55,310 nt of DNA from a virus. Its lineage: Duplodnaviria > Caudoviricetes. The position numbers and the translations under genes were made by a program. The stretch covers positions 1 to 55,310 of IMG/VR virus record IMGVR_UViG_3300031839_002055; one strand, written 5' to 3'. How positions within the stretch are numbered: position 1 is the first letter of the stretch; every line of letters begins with the position of its first letter. The notes below the pieces were generated by a model. The model was not told the origin of the DNA, made no database searches, and was given only the letters and a program-made list of their open reading frames with translations. Positions 8,996-18,174 of this stretch are shown here, one piece after another.

Positions 8996-9434
8996 TCTGG
9001 AACTCCAGAACGACCGGCTCGCCGTTGGCATCGGTCATCGTGACCTTCTTGGCTGCGCGGACCTCGAAGAAAACCGCGCCGTCAGTAGAGGCACGAAGGA
9101 TCGAAGGATGAAACTCACGGGTCCCGGCCGTTTCGATCAGTGGGCTGGCGATCCCGCCGCCAGTTGCGCCGCCGCTCGCCGGACCGGAAGACGTGCCAGT
9201 GCCGCGTTGCGCTGGCAGTGCGCCGACCGGATCGACACGCGGCAGCGGTCTGGCCTGCCGCTGCGGCGCGGCGAGAGACTGGATGTCTTCAGCCACGCTT
9301 TTACCAGTGCGGCGCTCGATCATTGCCGCCCCGCCAGCGCGACGGCTCGCCTCCATGGCAGCACCACTTGCCCGCCGACTGGCTTCCATGGCCGCACCAG
9401 AGGCGCGGCGCCGTTCCTCATTGGTCATGGTCAT
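8982..9434 (-). CDS. Tail protein with 11-residue tandem repeats
   Basis: RRASGAAMEAS repeated about 3 times; GGGIASPL motif. Confidence 0.55.
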   Translation of the reverse strand: MTMTNEERRRASGAAMEASRRASGAAMEASRRAGGAAMIERRTGKSVAEDIQSLAAPQRQARPLPRVDPVGALPAQRGTGTSSGPASGGATGGGIASPLIETAGTREFHPSILRASTDGAVFFEVRAAKKVTMTDANGEPVVLEFQNVSS

Positions 9435-11152
9435 AGCTCCAGCAAGTCGTTGGGGATGCCGACGCGATACAGCGCTTCGGTAGTGCCGGTTCGCTCGTCG
9501 CGATACTCAGCACCGATCTCACGGGCATCGATGTCAAATCGGCGCGGATATATCTCGGCCGGCATGTTGTCGTTGGCGTCGTAGTTGCCCGAATAACCAA
9601 GCCGATCTTCGTCATATGGACCGATCGCAAAGCCCGTGTACGGGTCGACCTGCCGCCCGCCGAGCTGGGTACCAAGCAACAGCTGAATCGACGAGGTGAA
9701 CGGCGGCAGGCTGGTGTCAGGGCTGGCCGGCACGGCGAGCGGGTCACTGACGCCGCCACCGCGCATGACAGCGATGCTGAGCGAGGTGATCGCCTCGCCG
9801 CTGCCAAGATCGAACTGATGCACGATGCGTCTGCACTTGCCTCTGGCGTGAGCGCCCTGATCGTTGAGCTCTAGCGTGTGCGAGAGGTCGATACCCATGG
9901 CCATGCTCGACGGCACTTCCCAGGTGAGCGTCGTTTCCCGATGAGCGCCGATGATCTGCACTTGCCCCATGCGCAGTGCGGTTGCCAACGCATTACTGCG
10001 CCGACTTTCGTCCGAAAGATCCTGGCTGCCGGTGCTGCCGTCACGGATTGGATCACTGCCCCAGGTTTCGGCAATGTCGCGCTCTACAGACAGCGTGTAG
10101 CCGGCGCGCTGAACGATCCGTGACTGTTCGGCTTCACCTGCCGCCGTCGCCAACACCAGCTTGTAGCTCTCGGTCACCGTCTGCACCCAGCGGCGGGCGC
10201 CAGTGAACGTGGCCGAAAGCCAGAGGTTGTCGAAGGTGTTGACCCAGCCGTTACCGTCACCGCATGGGTTGGCCATCGACAGGGGCAGCTTGTAGCCGCC
10301 GACTCCGCCGAGCAGCTGTTGCCCGCTATCTGATACCGAAGCGGCAATCATCTCCGTACTGGGTAGGTCGGTTGACCATGTCCGCCAGTTACAGAACCCG
10401 CTCTGACCGCCGCCCGCGTTGACGTGAGTCCAGGTGTAGCCTTCGTTCAGCTGCCATAGGCGCTGATAGCGGTAGCTGAACTCGATCTCAACCCGGTTGG
10501 TGGCCGCGTCAAGATCCGACTGCTGCAGCTCGATACGCTGATAGATCGTAGTGCCAGGACCGAACACAAAGTTCGGCGACCCGGCATACCAGCTGCTGAC
10601 GCGGAGCGCGCCATTGGCGGAACAGTCCAGGCTGACCGGGCGAGTGCTCAGTCGCTCCTGCGCGTAGTCCCAATGACTGCGGCCCTCGACCGGCTCGAAA
10701 AGGTCTTCCGACCAAGACCCACCGACCAGCGTGTTGATAGCTTCAATGCTCATGCTCTCAACACGCTGCTGCAGCTGGTCCGAGCACTCGCAGCTCAGCA
10801 CGCGGTTGACCGGGTTCCAGTCGGCTCGACTGATCTGGCCGGTGTAGCTGCGCGCTTCTGTCGTCTCGCCTTGGCTCGTGCTGATGTAGTCGATCGATAC
10901 CGCCCGGCCCTTCCAGTCGGGAGGCACTACGGCGACGCCTGGCGCGATGAACAGATCGAAGCCGGCGATGCCCGCAGCGCCCTCTTCCCGGTCAACGGTG
11001 ACCGTTCCGGTTAGCATCGGCGTCAGGTTAAGCCCGCCGACCATCAGGCGCAGCGTCCAGAGAAACGACTGGCCGCGGACGATGTATTCGGGTTCAGCTG
11101 TTCCAGCTACGCCATTCAGCGGCACGGCGTTGAGTGGCGAGGCGTTGAGCAT
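9431..11152 (-). CDS. Tail-tip hub / central tail protein
   Basis: 573 aa, second gene after the tape measure; MLNASPLNAVPLNG start. Confidence 0.65.
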   Translation of the reverse strand: MLNASPLNAVPLNGVAGTAEPEYIVRGQSFLWTLRLMVGGLNLTPMLTGTVTVDREEGAAGIAGFDLFIAPGVAVVPPDWKGRAVSIDYISTSQGETTEARSYTGQISRADWNPVNRVLSCECSDQLQQRVESMSIEAINTLVGGSWSEDLFEPVEGRSHWDYAQERLSTRPVSLDCSANGALRVSSWYAGSPNFVFGPGTTIYQRIELQQSDLDAATNRVEIEFSYRYQRLWQLNEGYTWTHVNAGGGQSGFCNWRTWSTDLPSTEMIAASVSDSGQQLLGGVGGYKLPLSMANPCGDGNGWVNTFDNLWLSATFTGARRWVQTVTESYKLVLATAAGEAEQSRIVQRAGYTLSVERDIAETWGSDPIRDGSTGSQDLSDESRRSNALATALRMGQVQIIGAHRETTLTWEVPSSMAMGIDLSHTLELNDQGAHARGKCRRIVHQFDLGSGEAITSLSIAVMRGGGVSDPLAVPASPDTSLPPFTSSIQLLLGTQLGGRQVDPYTGFAIGPYDEDRLGYSGNYDANDNMPAEIYPRRFDIDAREIGAEYRDERTGTTEALYRVGIPNDLLEL

Positions 11153-11661
11153 TAGGTTTCTTCCCAGGTGATGGACCAGTTATGGCTGGCAGTTCCTGAA
11201 TCCTGCGTTTCAGATGGGCGACGGGCCTTGACGCTGTAGATAGGCATCCAGCAGACCCGGTAAAGCGTGGCGCCGACGACCGCCGTAACGGTAGCGACGT
11301 CGTCGGTGACGCTGCAGGCCGTGTTGATCCAGTCGTCACCGACCAGCGCCTGAGCCCATGGCGCGACGTCCGGCCGCGGCGTTCCGCGCAGCGTGTGTGT
11401 TAGGCCTTCGCCCGTCACGCTCTGCACCTTCGTCGATCGCAGCTCCAACGGCTGGCTGTAGTCCAGGCCGTGGAGCCCTGGCGGCATCCAGCCTGTTCCG
11501 CTGATCGTGCCGGACACACGCTCCCAATGCGTCATCGATACCAACGCGCCGTCGCTCATGCGCATCGACGTTTCACCGCCAATGGGCTCTTCGCTCAAAA
11601 CCGGCGCGCCAGCGTGCAGCACGATCGGCACGCCGCCGAGCATGATTTGGGGTTGTGGCAT
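11152..11661 (-). CDS. Distal tail protein (Dit-like)
   Basis: Directly after the tape measure; ends WSITWEE. Confidence 0.6.
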   Translation of the reverse strand: MPQPQIMLGGVPIVLHAGAPVLSEEPIGGETSMRMSDGALVSMTHWERVSGTISGTGWMPPGLHGLDYSQPLELRSTKVQSVTGEGLTHTLRGTPRPDVAPWAQALVGDDWINTACSVTDDVATVTAVVGATLYRVCWMPIYSVKARRPSETQDSGTASHNWSITWEET

Positions 11662-11663
11662 GG

Positions 11664-13709
11664 TTAACTCCGGTGAGTACGGCCGAACTTCTTGGCGGCC
11701 AAGCGGATGCCGTCAACCTGCCCGGCGTCGCCGTACATGGTGAACTGCGTTCCGCCGAGATCGAATTTCACGATGCCTAGATTTTCGGGGCTGGCCATCT
11801 GGAGACTCGAGACAGTCCCAACCATGCCGCCATCGGCAAACCGAGGGATCGGGATGCCGCGGTTGAGCATGTCGAGATGCCGCTTGCCAAGCTTGCGCAC
11901 GGCCGCTGCGTTGATCACGTACTCGCCGTTCGACAGATATGCTGGGATGCTGTCGCTGGTACCGGTGCCAGGGCCGCTGATGTAGCCGCCAGTGGCGTAG
12001 CCAGTCGGCTCCGGGCCAGGGTCTTGCAGGGTGTAAGGCTGGCTGAAGTCGCCCGAAGGCGCAGCGATGGTCGGGGTGATGACCATTTGCTTGCCGAGGT
12101 ATTCGGCCAGCTGCTGCAGCTGCTGCTTTGCTGCCTCAATGGCTTCAGGCGTCATGCCGACAGTTATTTTCACGTCAGACAGCTTTTGCACGCGCTCAAG
12201 CTCTGCTGTGATCTGCGCCAGCTTCTTATCAGCGGCCGTCTGCTCAAGCGAATTCGCCTGCATTTCGATGGCCTGCAGCTCCTTGGCAAACCCGGTCAGT
12301 CCGTAGGTGTTTTCGCCCGCCGCCTGCAGATCAAGCAGCATCTGCAGTGCTTGCTGCGCCTGGCGTTTTGCACCTTCCAGATCGCCAGCTTCTAGGGACT
12401 GCCGGGCGCCTACCTTGAGTGCCTGAGCCGCGCCGTAAGAAGACTGGCCGGCGCCGCCTCCAAGTTGAGCCAGGGCGGCGGAATAGCGCTCCTCAATGGC
12501 AAGCCGCTCCTTGCGGATCTTCTCGACTTCTGAGGTTGCCTTGCGCTCTTCAGCCGTAATCGAGCTGATGGCTTTCTTGGCGTCGGCGCTGAGGCTCTTG
12601 TAAGCCTCCTTCATCTCCTCGGTGGTTTTGACGACGCGGGCGCCGGCTTCCTGGGTAGATGCTGACAGGGCGGTATTGACGCTAGACACCTGACGGCCAA
12701 CATCGGTGTAGCCGTCTGTCCATAGCTTGCTGACACGCTCCATGACCAGCTTGGTTTCGCGTTCGTTGTCTTCGCCGACCATGCGCAGGATCTCGGCGGC
12801 CTGTGCAAACTCACCGCTTGCCGTGGCTACTGCAGCCGCCGCCGCGCCCGCAATACGCCGGCCCAGGTTGCCGAAGCCGTTGCCTGCGATCAGGACAGTG
12901 GAAGCCAGCACCTTCATCGCAAAGCCGAGAACTTCAGCGACGCGACTGGTGTAGGCGCCTTCTTTCGAAACGTCCACCATTAGACCGCTCAGCTCATTGA
13001 GCGAAGGCAGTAGTTCTGCTGCAATCTGCTGGCCGGCGCCCTGCGATATCGCGCCGAGCGCATTCAGCGACTGGTTGAATTCGCTGGCCTGCTGGACGGT
13101 GTCGCCACTGAGGATCAGGCCAAGCTCTTCAGCCTGGCGTCCAAGCTCGGCATAGGCTGCGCCACCGTCCTTCAGTAGCGGGATCAGCAGCGAAGCGTCA
13201 TTGGCTATGGCCTCCATGTAGAAGGTCATTTCCGACTGCGAGAGGTTCGCGCTCTCCAGCGTCTTGACGTACAGCTGCAGCGCGTCAGGGCCTGACAGGT
13301 TACGGAACTGCTCGGCAGTGACGCCAGCAGCCGGCGCGATGTTCTCGAAGAAGTCAGCCAGCGGCCCGCCGCCGGTCTGCAGGAAGTCACCGACCTTGTC
13401 CTGAACATCCTTGAAGATGTCGCCGAGCTTGTCCTGCTCAATGCCAACCGAGCGCGAAGCGTAGGCCCACTTCTGGAACTGCTCGGACGTGGCGCCGGAC
13501 AGCTTCGCCATGCGATCCATCTGGATGACGGCAAGCGCGCTTTGCTTTACGAAGCCAGAAACAGCGCCGACCGAAAAGGCAGCCAGGATGGCAGCGCCGG
13601 CCGCCTTGGCCGATCCGCTAAGCCGCCCCAGATCACTGTCAACCTCACCGAACGCTTTCTTGGTGTTGTTCTTCCCGTCAATGACCAGCTCTGTCTTGAC
13701 TCTGGACAT
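11664..13709 (-). CDS. Tail tape measure protein
   Basis: Ala-rich helical protein with DIFKDVQDKVGDF and YATGGYISGPGTGTSDSIPAYLSNGEYV. Confidence 0.9.
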   Translation of the reverse strand: MSRVKTELVIDGKNNTKKAFGEVDSDLGRLSGSAKAAGAAILAAFSVGAVSGFVKQSALAVIQMDRMAKLSGATSEQFQKWAYASRSVGIEQDKLGDIFKDVQDKVGDFLQTGGGPLADFFENIAPAAGVTAEQFRNLSGPDALQLYVKTLESANLSQSEMTFYMEAIANDASLLIPLLKDGGAAYAELGRQAEELGLILSGDTVQQASEFNQSLNALGAISQGAGQQIAAELLPSLNELSGLMVDVSKEGAYTSRVAEVLGFAMKVLASTVLIAGNGFGNLGRRIAGAAAAAVATASGEFAQAAEILRMVGEDNERETKLVMERVSKLWTDGYTDVGRQVSSVNTALSASTQEAGARVVKTTEEMKEAYKSLSADAKKAISSITAEERKATSEVEKIRKERLAIEERYSAALAQLGGGAGQSSYGAAQALKVGARQSLEAGDLEGAKRQAQQALQMLLDLQAAGENTYGLTGFAKELQAIEMQANSLEQTAADKKLAQITAELERVQKLSDVKITVGMTPEAIEAAKQQLQQLAEYLGKQMVITPTIAAPSGDFSQPYTLQDPGPEPTGYATGGYISGPGTGTSDSIPAYLSNGEYVINAAAVRKLGKRHLDMLNRGIPIPRFADGGMVGTVSSLQMASPENLGIVKFDLGGTQFTMYGDAGQVDGIRLAAKKFGRTHRS

Positions 13710-13951
13710 TACGAGAACTCCTTCATGATCTTCTTGAAGCCGTCTTTGTCAGCCTGGCTGCCGCGGGCAATGATCAGTGCCAGTCGCGCGTCTGCCTTTT
13801 CAGCTTCAGCGGCCTCAGCGGTGAACAGCTCGATCTGAGCCAGGGTGTATTGCGAAATGTCGGCCAGCGAATGCCCGGCCGCGATCAGCGACTGGACAAC
13901 TGCGCCCCAGCCAGCACCTTCGCCGCGCTTACCAGGGCTTGGTCGAAAAAA
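13709..13951 (-). CDS. gpT-like extension of the tail assembly chaperone reached by -1 frameshift
   Basis: Slippery T TTT TTC at 13945..13951; -1 frame open to a TAA overlapping the tape measure ATG. Confidence 0.75.
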   Translation of the reverse strand, partial: FFRPSPGKRGEGAGWGAVVQSLIAAGHSLADISQYTLAQIELFTAEAAEAEKADARLALIIARGSQADKDGFKKIMKEFS

Positions 13952-14247
13952 CTAGAGTTGACCTTGATAACGTGGAACATCAGCTCAACGGCGGTAGCGA
14001 GCGGCAAGCGCTTGCGGCGCCAGGCGCTTAGCGACGTGCATTTTCCGAGGATCACGGCCATCGCATCGCTCTTCGCTGCGTATGCATAAAGCTCTGTAGG
14101 CGTGGCATCAGCCATGAGGGTGAGGAGCGGGCCAGCTGCGGCACCGAACGCTTCGAAGTCCTGCAGTTGGACTGGCTTGATGAACACCGGCCGGCCCTCC
14201 ACCATCACGGAAACAGGATTTGGAAAGAGGATGCTGAGGTCTGACAT
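13885..14247 (-). CDS. Tail assembly chaperone (gpG-like)
   Basis: Position before the tape measure; VNSSFF near the end carries the slippery site. Confidence 0.75.
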   Translation of the reverse strand: MSDLSILFPNPVSVMVEGRPVFIKPVQLQDFEAFGAAAGPLLTLMADATPTELYAYAAKSDAMAVILGKCTSLSAWRRKRLPLATAVELMFHVIKVNSSFFDQALVSAAKVLAGAQLSSR

Positions 14248-14265
14248 GATTTTCCTTCGGGCAAT

Positions 14266-14287
14266 AAAAAACCCGCCGAAGCGGGTT
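14266..14287 (-). terminator. Intrinsic terminator closing the moron block
   Basis: AACCCGC-TTCG-GCGGGTT followed by TTTT. Confidence 0.75.
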
Positions 14288-14304
14288 CCATTTTGAAATG
14301 TGAA

Positions 14305-14673
14305 TTAAAAGTACCGCGCAATACCCTGCAATAGCCCGCCGAAGAAGCTAGTTAAGCCAACAAACAACATGAACAATATGATCACTGCAGGAATCGTCGC
14401 GATTGCCCACTTGATCATGAATCTGACCATGGACCAGAAGCTCATTCGCACATCAATCACAACGACCGGCTGCGCCCCACGATACGCATCTGCAACCTCT
14501 CGCACCTCGGCAGCCATGCCGGCTAGCTGCGCAGCCCTGGCGCGCTCTTCATTAGCCTGATTGGCTAGAGAAGATTCAAACCACTTGTAATTGACTCCGC
14601 ATGCAACGCAGTCATCCGGACTGCGCTGCATCTCGCTCATCGTCGGCTCATATTTGCATTTCGGGCACTGCAT
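14305..14673 (-). CDS. Moron: zinc-ribbon plus C-terminal membrane protein
   Basis: CPKC...CVAC and a hydrophobic C-terminus; AT-richer than its neighbours. Confidence 0.7.
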   Translation of the reverse strand: MQCPKCKYEPTMSEMQRSPDDCVACGVNYKWFESSLANQANEERARAAQLAGMAAEVREVADAYRGAQPVVVIDVRMSFWSMVRFMIKWAIATIPAVIILFMLFVGLTSFFGGLLQGIARYF

Positions 14674-14685
14674 AAGGTTCCCTCC

Positions 14686-15144
14686 TTAGTTCCACGCCGT
14701 GAAGCAACCATTGGGATCTATGTAGAGGTATAGGCGAGAACCGTCTTGCTGCACATATATCCACTGATCTCCGTAAGACGCACGGTTCACTTCGGTAGGG
14801 CCGCCGATAGATCGGCGCACATCGTCAGCCGTCATCCCGACTTGGATTTGGCCGCGCCCATTCAGGTATGCAATATCGACCTGCGTTAGATCACCACAGT
14901 GATTGAAGCTCCGCTTTGCCCTCGGTCGCGGAGGCTCATTTGTAGGCGTTGCCAACTTTACTGCAGGCCCGGCACCGCTTGGCCTGGCGGCTTCCGGCGT
15001 GATCACGGAGCCGGAGCTATCTGATCCGCATCCGTGCTGGCTGAATGTGGTCTTGCCATCTCCGCCGACGCACTTGAAAACAGGCGCTGCACTGACGCCA
15101 GAGACCGCAACAGCGCACGCCGCAGCCAACAACAACCTGTACAT
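14686..15144 (-). CDS. Moron: exported DUF4124-like protein with SmpA/BamE-like C-terminal domain
   Basis: Signal peptide MYRLLLAA, VFKCVGGDGKTTFSQHGC, and VGMTADDVRRSIGGP...QWIY. Confidence 0.65.
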   Translation of the reverse strand: MYRLLLAAACAVAVSGVSAAPVFKCVGGDGKTTFSQHGCGSDSSGSVITPEAARPSGAGPAVKLATPTNEPPRPRAKRSFNHCGDLTQVDIAYLNGRGQIQVGMTADDVRRSIGGPTEVNRASYGDQWIYVQQDGSRLYLYIDPNGCFTAWN

Positions 15145-15235
15145 AAGGCTCCCTCCCCATAGGAGGGCCAAATTTAGCACGACGCCAGCGCCGAAACCCA
15201 GCGCGTGGCTGGGTTCTGGACTTACAGCTATGTAT

Positions 15236-16102
15236 CTAGCTTGCAGCCTGCATGGCGTAACCGCCGCCCGCTCCACGCTGGCTGTAGATGCGATAAATCT
15301 CATCGCGGCGCTCGTCCAGGGTGCGAAAGCCCATGCCCATCTCTGAAAAGTGCTCATTGAAGTTCGAGAGCGGCCTTGAATCCGTCATGCGCGCAATGGC
15401 GTAGATTCCCGACTTCATCGCCCACTCCATGGCGAAGTGGTAGTGACTCATCATCAGGTAGAGCGCCTGCACTTCACGCTCCGACAACTGCATGCCTTTC
15501 GCCTGGCTGCTTTCAAGCCACTCTCCCTCCAGCACGTATGCCGCAATGTACTGGCAGGCTGCGTCCAGCTTTTCGGCCGGGATCAGCTCGGTGCGCGGCA
15601 CGTTGAAGCGAGTGTGGAGAACCGAGTGCATCCGGTGGCGCGCCTGGCGCTGAACTCCCACCGGGAGCACCGACACCTTCTGACTGATCACTCCACCGAT
15701 AAGGTTTGCGCCTGACACGCCGATCACATCATTCACCAGCGTTGCCATCTTTCCGCTGTCGTCGGAGTAACGGCCGTGCTTGCGGATGGCCGGGAGCACT
15801 TCAGCGGTCACCCACTTTTTGAAGCGCTTGGCTTCGGCTTTCCTGCTGCGAAGGATCAGCGAGTAAAGACCTGACTCGTTGATCAGAACAGGCTTTCTTC
15901 CCGAACCCGAATACTGTTCGTGTTCGCGTTTCTCTTCATCATCAAGCCCGATCAAAGCCTTGTTCGTGTCCATCAGCGCCAGCGCGGTACAAACGTCCTT
16001 CGCGAAAAACCATGGCTGATCGTCATCCAACAAAGCGCGGACGGGCTGAGCTCCGAAGCTGAACGGGATTACATTGCCTGATGCTGTGTTAAACTTGTCC
16101 AT
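15236..16102 (-). CDS. BRO-N family antirepressor
   Basis: PWFFAKDVC, INESGLYSLILRSRKAEAKRFKKWVTAEVLPAIRKHG. Confidence 0.9.
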   Translation of the reverse strand: MDKFNTASGNVIPFSFGAQPVRALLDDDQPWFFAKDVCTALALMDTNKALIGLDDEEKREHEQYSGSGRKPVLINESGLYSLILRSRKAEAKRFKKWVTAEVLPAIRKHGRYSDDSGKMATLVNDVIGVSGANLIGGVISQKVSVLPVGVQRQARHRMHSVLHTRFNVPRTELIPAEKLDAACQYIAAYVLEGEWLESSQAKGMQLSEREVQALYLMMSHYHFAMEWAMKSGIYAIARMTDSRPLSNFNEHFSEMGMGFRTLDERRDEIYRIYSQRGAGGGYAMQAAS

Positions 16103-16184
16103 GTGAATATCCTTGCCAGTGTGTTCACGTTGTACGAAGCCTCAGGTGTTCCAGCACTTGGGGCTTCCTTGTTTCTGCCTACCG

Positions 16185-16460
16185 CTATTCGACCAGGTAG
16201 CTTCCACGCAGCTTGCTCATATGAGTTCGCCCGTGCGGTATCGCTCCGCTGCCATCGACAACCGCAACGGAATACTTGCCTTCGAGCGCCGGGTAAACCC
16301 GCGTCTCTAGCCAGCCCGTAACCGACGTGTTGCCTGCAGCTTTGCGCTCGTACCCGTAATCCTGAACGAGATCCCGTGGATTTCCTCGGACAACGATACG
16401 AACCTGCTCGACCTCAAACACGAGGTCCTCGAATGTTGATATCGATATATTTTGCGTCAT
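16185..16460 (-). CDS. Moron: 91-aa hypothetical protein
   Basis: GAGGGGAG RBS before ATG 16460; globular composition. Confidence 0.6.
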   Translation of the reverse strand: MTQNISISTFEDLVFEVEQVRIVVRGNPRDLVQDYGYERKAAGNTSVTGWLETRVYPALEGKYSVAVVDGSGAIPHGRTHMSKLRGSYLVE

Positions 16461-16635
16461 CACTCCCCTCCATGTGGGCGCCAGTACCGGCGCTGAGGGG
16501 AAATATAGACCCAAGCAGAAACACTAGCAAGGAGTTATTAGGCAGTTAATATGGTTTTCATATGATTTTCATATGAAGCGCGGCCACGGCGCACGCGCCA
16601 AAGCCCACCGATCCGATGGGCTTGGACTCGGGCGC

Positions 16636-17409
16636 TTAGGCAGCGGGCTTTTCTTTCTGGATTTTCATGTAGGCCGACTTCCCGGTTCCGCGGGTCGCGT
16701 CTGCAAGAACCTCTGCAGCCACAGTCATGCCCATGAAGTCCTCAGTTCCGAGCCAATCCAGCGATTCGGCCGGCGCAAACTTGCAGCGCCAGAATCTCGG
16801 ATTGATGCGGCCGCGCGTGCCTGCGCCATTCTGGCCTTCGATCATGATTTCCCACTCTTGGCCAGAGTTGACCAAGGCTTCAATCTCGTCGAAGTTTGCA
16901 CAGGTGTAGTCGATGGCGACAAGGTAATCACCGGTCGCCCCTGCAATTGCGGTAGCCAGATCGCTGCCTTCCAATACCTCAATGCCTGAGCCGGTCATGC
17001 GGAAGTCTTCGTCCTCGACGAACTCAACCAGGCCTGTTTCAGCGTCCGCGACTTTCGTGATGGAAAGCGGCATTTTTTCCAGAACGCAGGTCTTGTCGAC
17101 CTCGGCGATATGCTGCTCGCCAGTCACCGATGCGCTTGGCACATCAGTAATATCGGCCCACAGATTTGCCGCGATGTTCTCTGAGTTGAACTCGCGGAAG
17201 TTCAGCGCCAAGCTCATCGCGTTGATGCGGGTAATCTTGTCGAAGTTGCCGCCTTCCGGGGTGCGCGTATTTGCCAGAGTCAGCTCAGTCGTTTCGATGG
17301 ACTGGGTTGCGGTAGAAACCAGGCCGGTATCGCGCCACGGCTTACCGGTTCCGGCAGGCCGCATCTTGACGATGCCGCCAATTACGACAGTCTCAACTGT
17401 ACGTGCCAT
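16636..17409 (-). CDS. Major tail tube protein
   Basis: Position after the tail terminator; LNFREFNSENIAANL; start taken at MARTVE. Confidence 0.7.
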   Translation of the reverse strand: MARTVETVVIGGIVKMRPAGTGKPWRDTGLVSTATQSIETTELTLANTRTPEGGNFDKITRINAMSLALNFREFNSENIAANLWADITDVPSASVTGEQHIAEVDKTCVLEKMPLSITKVADAETGLVEFVEDEDFRMTGSGIEVLEGSDLATAIAGATGDYLVAIDYTCANFDEIEALVNSGQEWEIMIEGQNGAGTRGRINPRFWRCKFAPAESLDWLGTEDFMGMTVAAEVLADATRGTGKSAYMKIQKEKPAA

Positions 17410-17410
17410 A

Positions 17411-17872
17411 TCATTTTGCCTCAATGAGAGTGTGTAGGTGGACCGGCACCAGTACGCTTGCAGCGCGCTCGCCGTTGCCTGGGGGGAATTGCTCGCTAGC
17501 GCCGACAGCCATTCCGGTTACCCCAAGAGGCACCCATTTTGGGAAGCGGCCACTGCCAGGTGGGATAAGGCACTGGATGATGTCTAGCTCGATGTCGTCC
17601 AGCGCATCGTCGTAGTCGTCGAGCCCAGAATCAGTCGCCCCGACAACGCTGAATCCCGGGTACGCCTTGATCGATCCAGGCCCGCTATCAGGGTCAAGCG
17701 CCTTTGCCTTCTGCACGACGATCAGCGGGAACCCGACGCTGTCAGACTCCAGCACCTCGCTGAACCAGCCCGTTTTCACGTTCTGCCCCGCATTCGTCCG
17801 GTAGCCATTGGCAACCGTGATCGTCTGCAGCCTGGCCACAAGAGCCAGACGCGCCTCGGTGAGAATGTTCAT
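17411..17872 (-). CDS. Tail terminator (gpU-like)
   Basis: RLQTITVANGYRTNAG motif; synteny. Confidence 0.7.
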   Translation of the reverse strand: MNILTEARLALVARLQTITVANGYRTNAGQNVKTGWFSEVLESDSVGFPLIVVQKAKALDPDSGPGSIKAYPGFSVVGATDSGLDDYDDALDDIELDIIQCLIPPGSGRFPKWVPLGVTGMAVGASEQFPPGNGERAASVLVPVHLHTLIEAK

Positions 17873-18174
17873 CGGGACTCCATGCAGGCGAACGTGCACA
17901 TGTGGCCGTCGTCAGCTACCGGATCTTCGACAAGATATCGCCGCTTGCCGAAGACGAACACGCCGCCTCGGCTTGCCTTGCACAGGTCTGCCTTGCTGAA
18001 GGTGATGCCGGTCATGTCGCTGACGAACAGCCCATCAGGGCCGTTCTGCACCAGGTTGTGATCGACAATCAGCGGAATACCCCGCGCCGCGAGTTGCCCC
18101 GCGGCGTCGAAGTAGTCGCCGCAGCCATCGTTCAGCGCCGCCATGACAGCGCTGTCAATGTCGGCGCCAAACAT
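17869..18174 (-). CDS. Head-tail joining protein (gpFII-like)
   Basis: TGATG-coupled to the capsid stop; RRYLVE..DDG. Confidence 0.65.
   Translation of the reverse strand: MFGADIDSAVMAALNDGCGDYFDAAGQLAARGIPLIVDHNLVQNGPDGLFVSDMTGITFSKADLCKASRGGVFVFGKRRYLVEDPVADDGHMCTFACMESR

Noticed and set aside
3686..9031. Diversity-generating retroelement or invertible tail-fibre cassette
   Set aside because: No reverse transcriptase, invertase or template/variable repeat pair seen despite Mtd-N-like domains.
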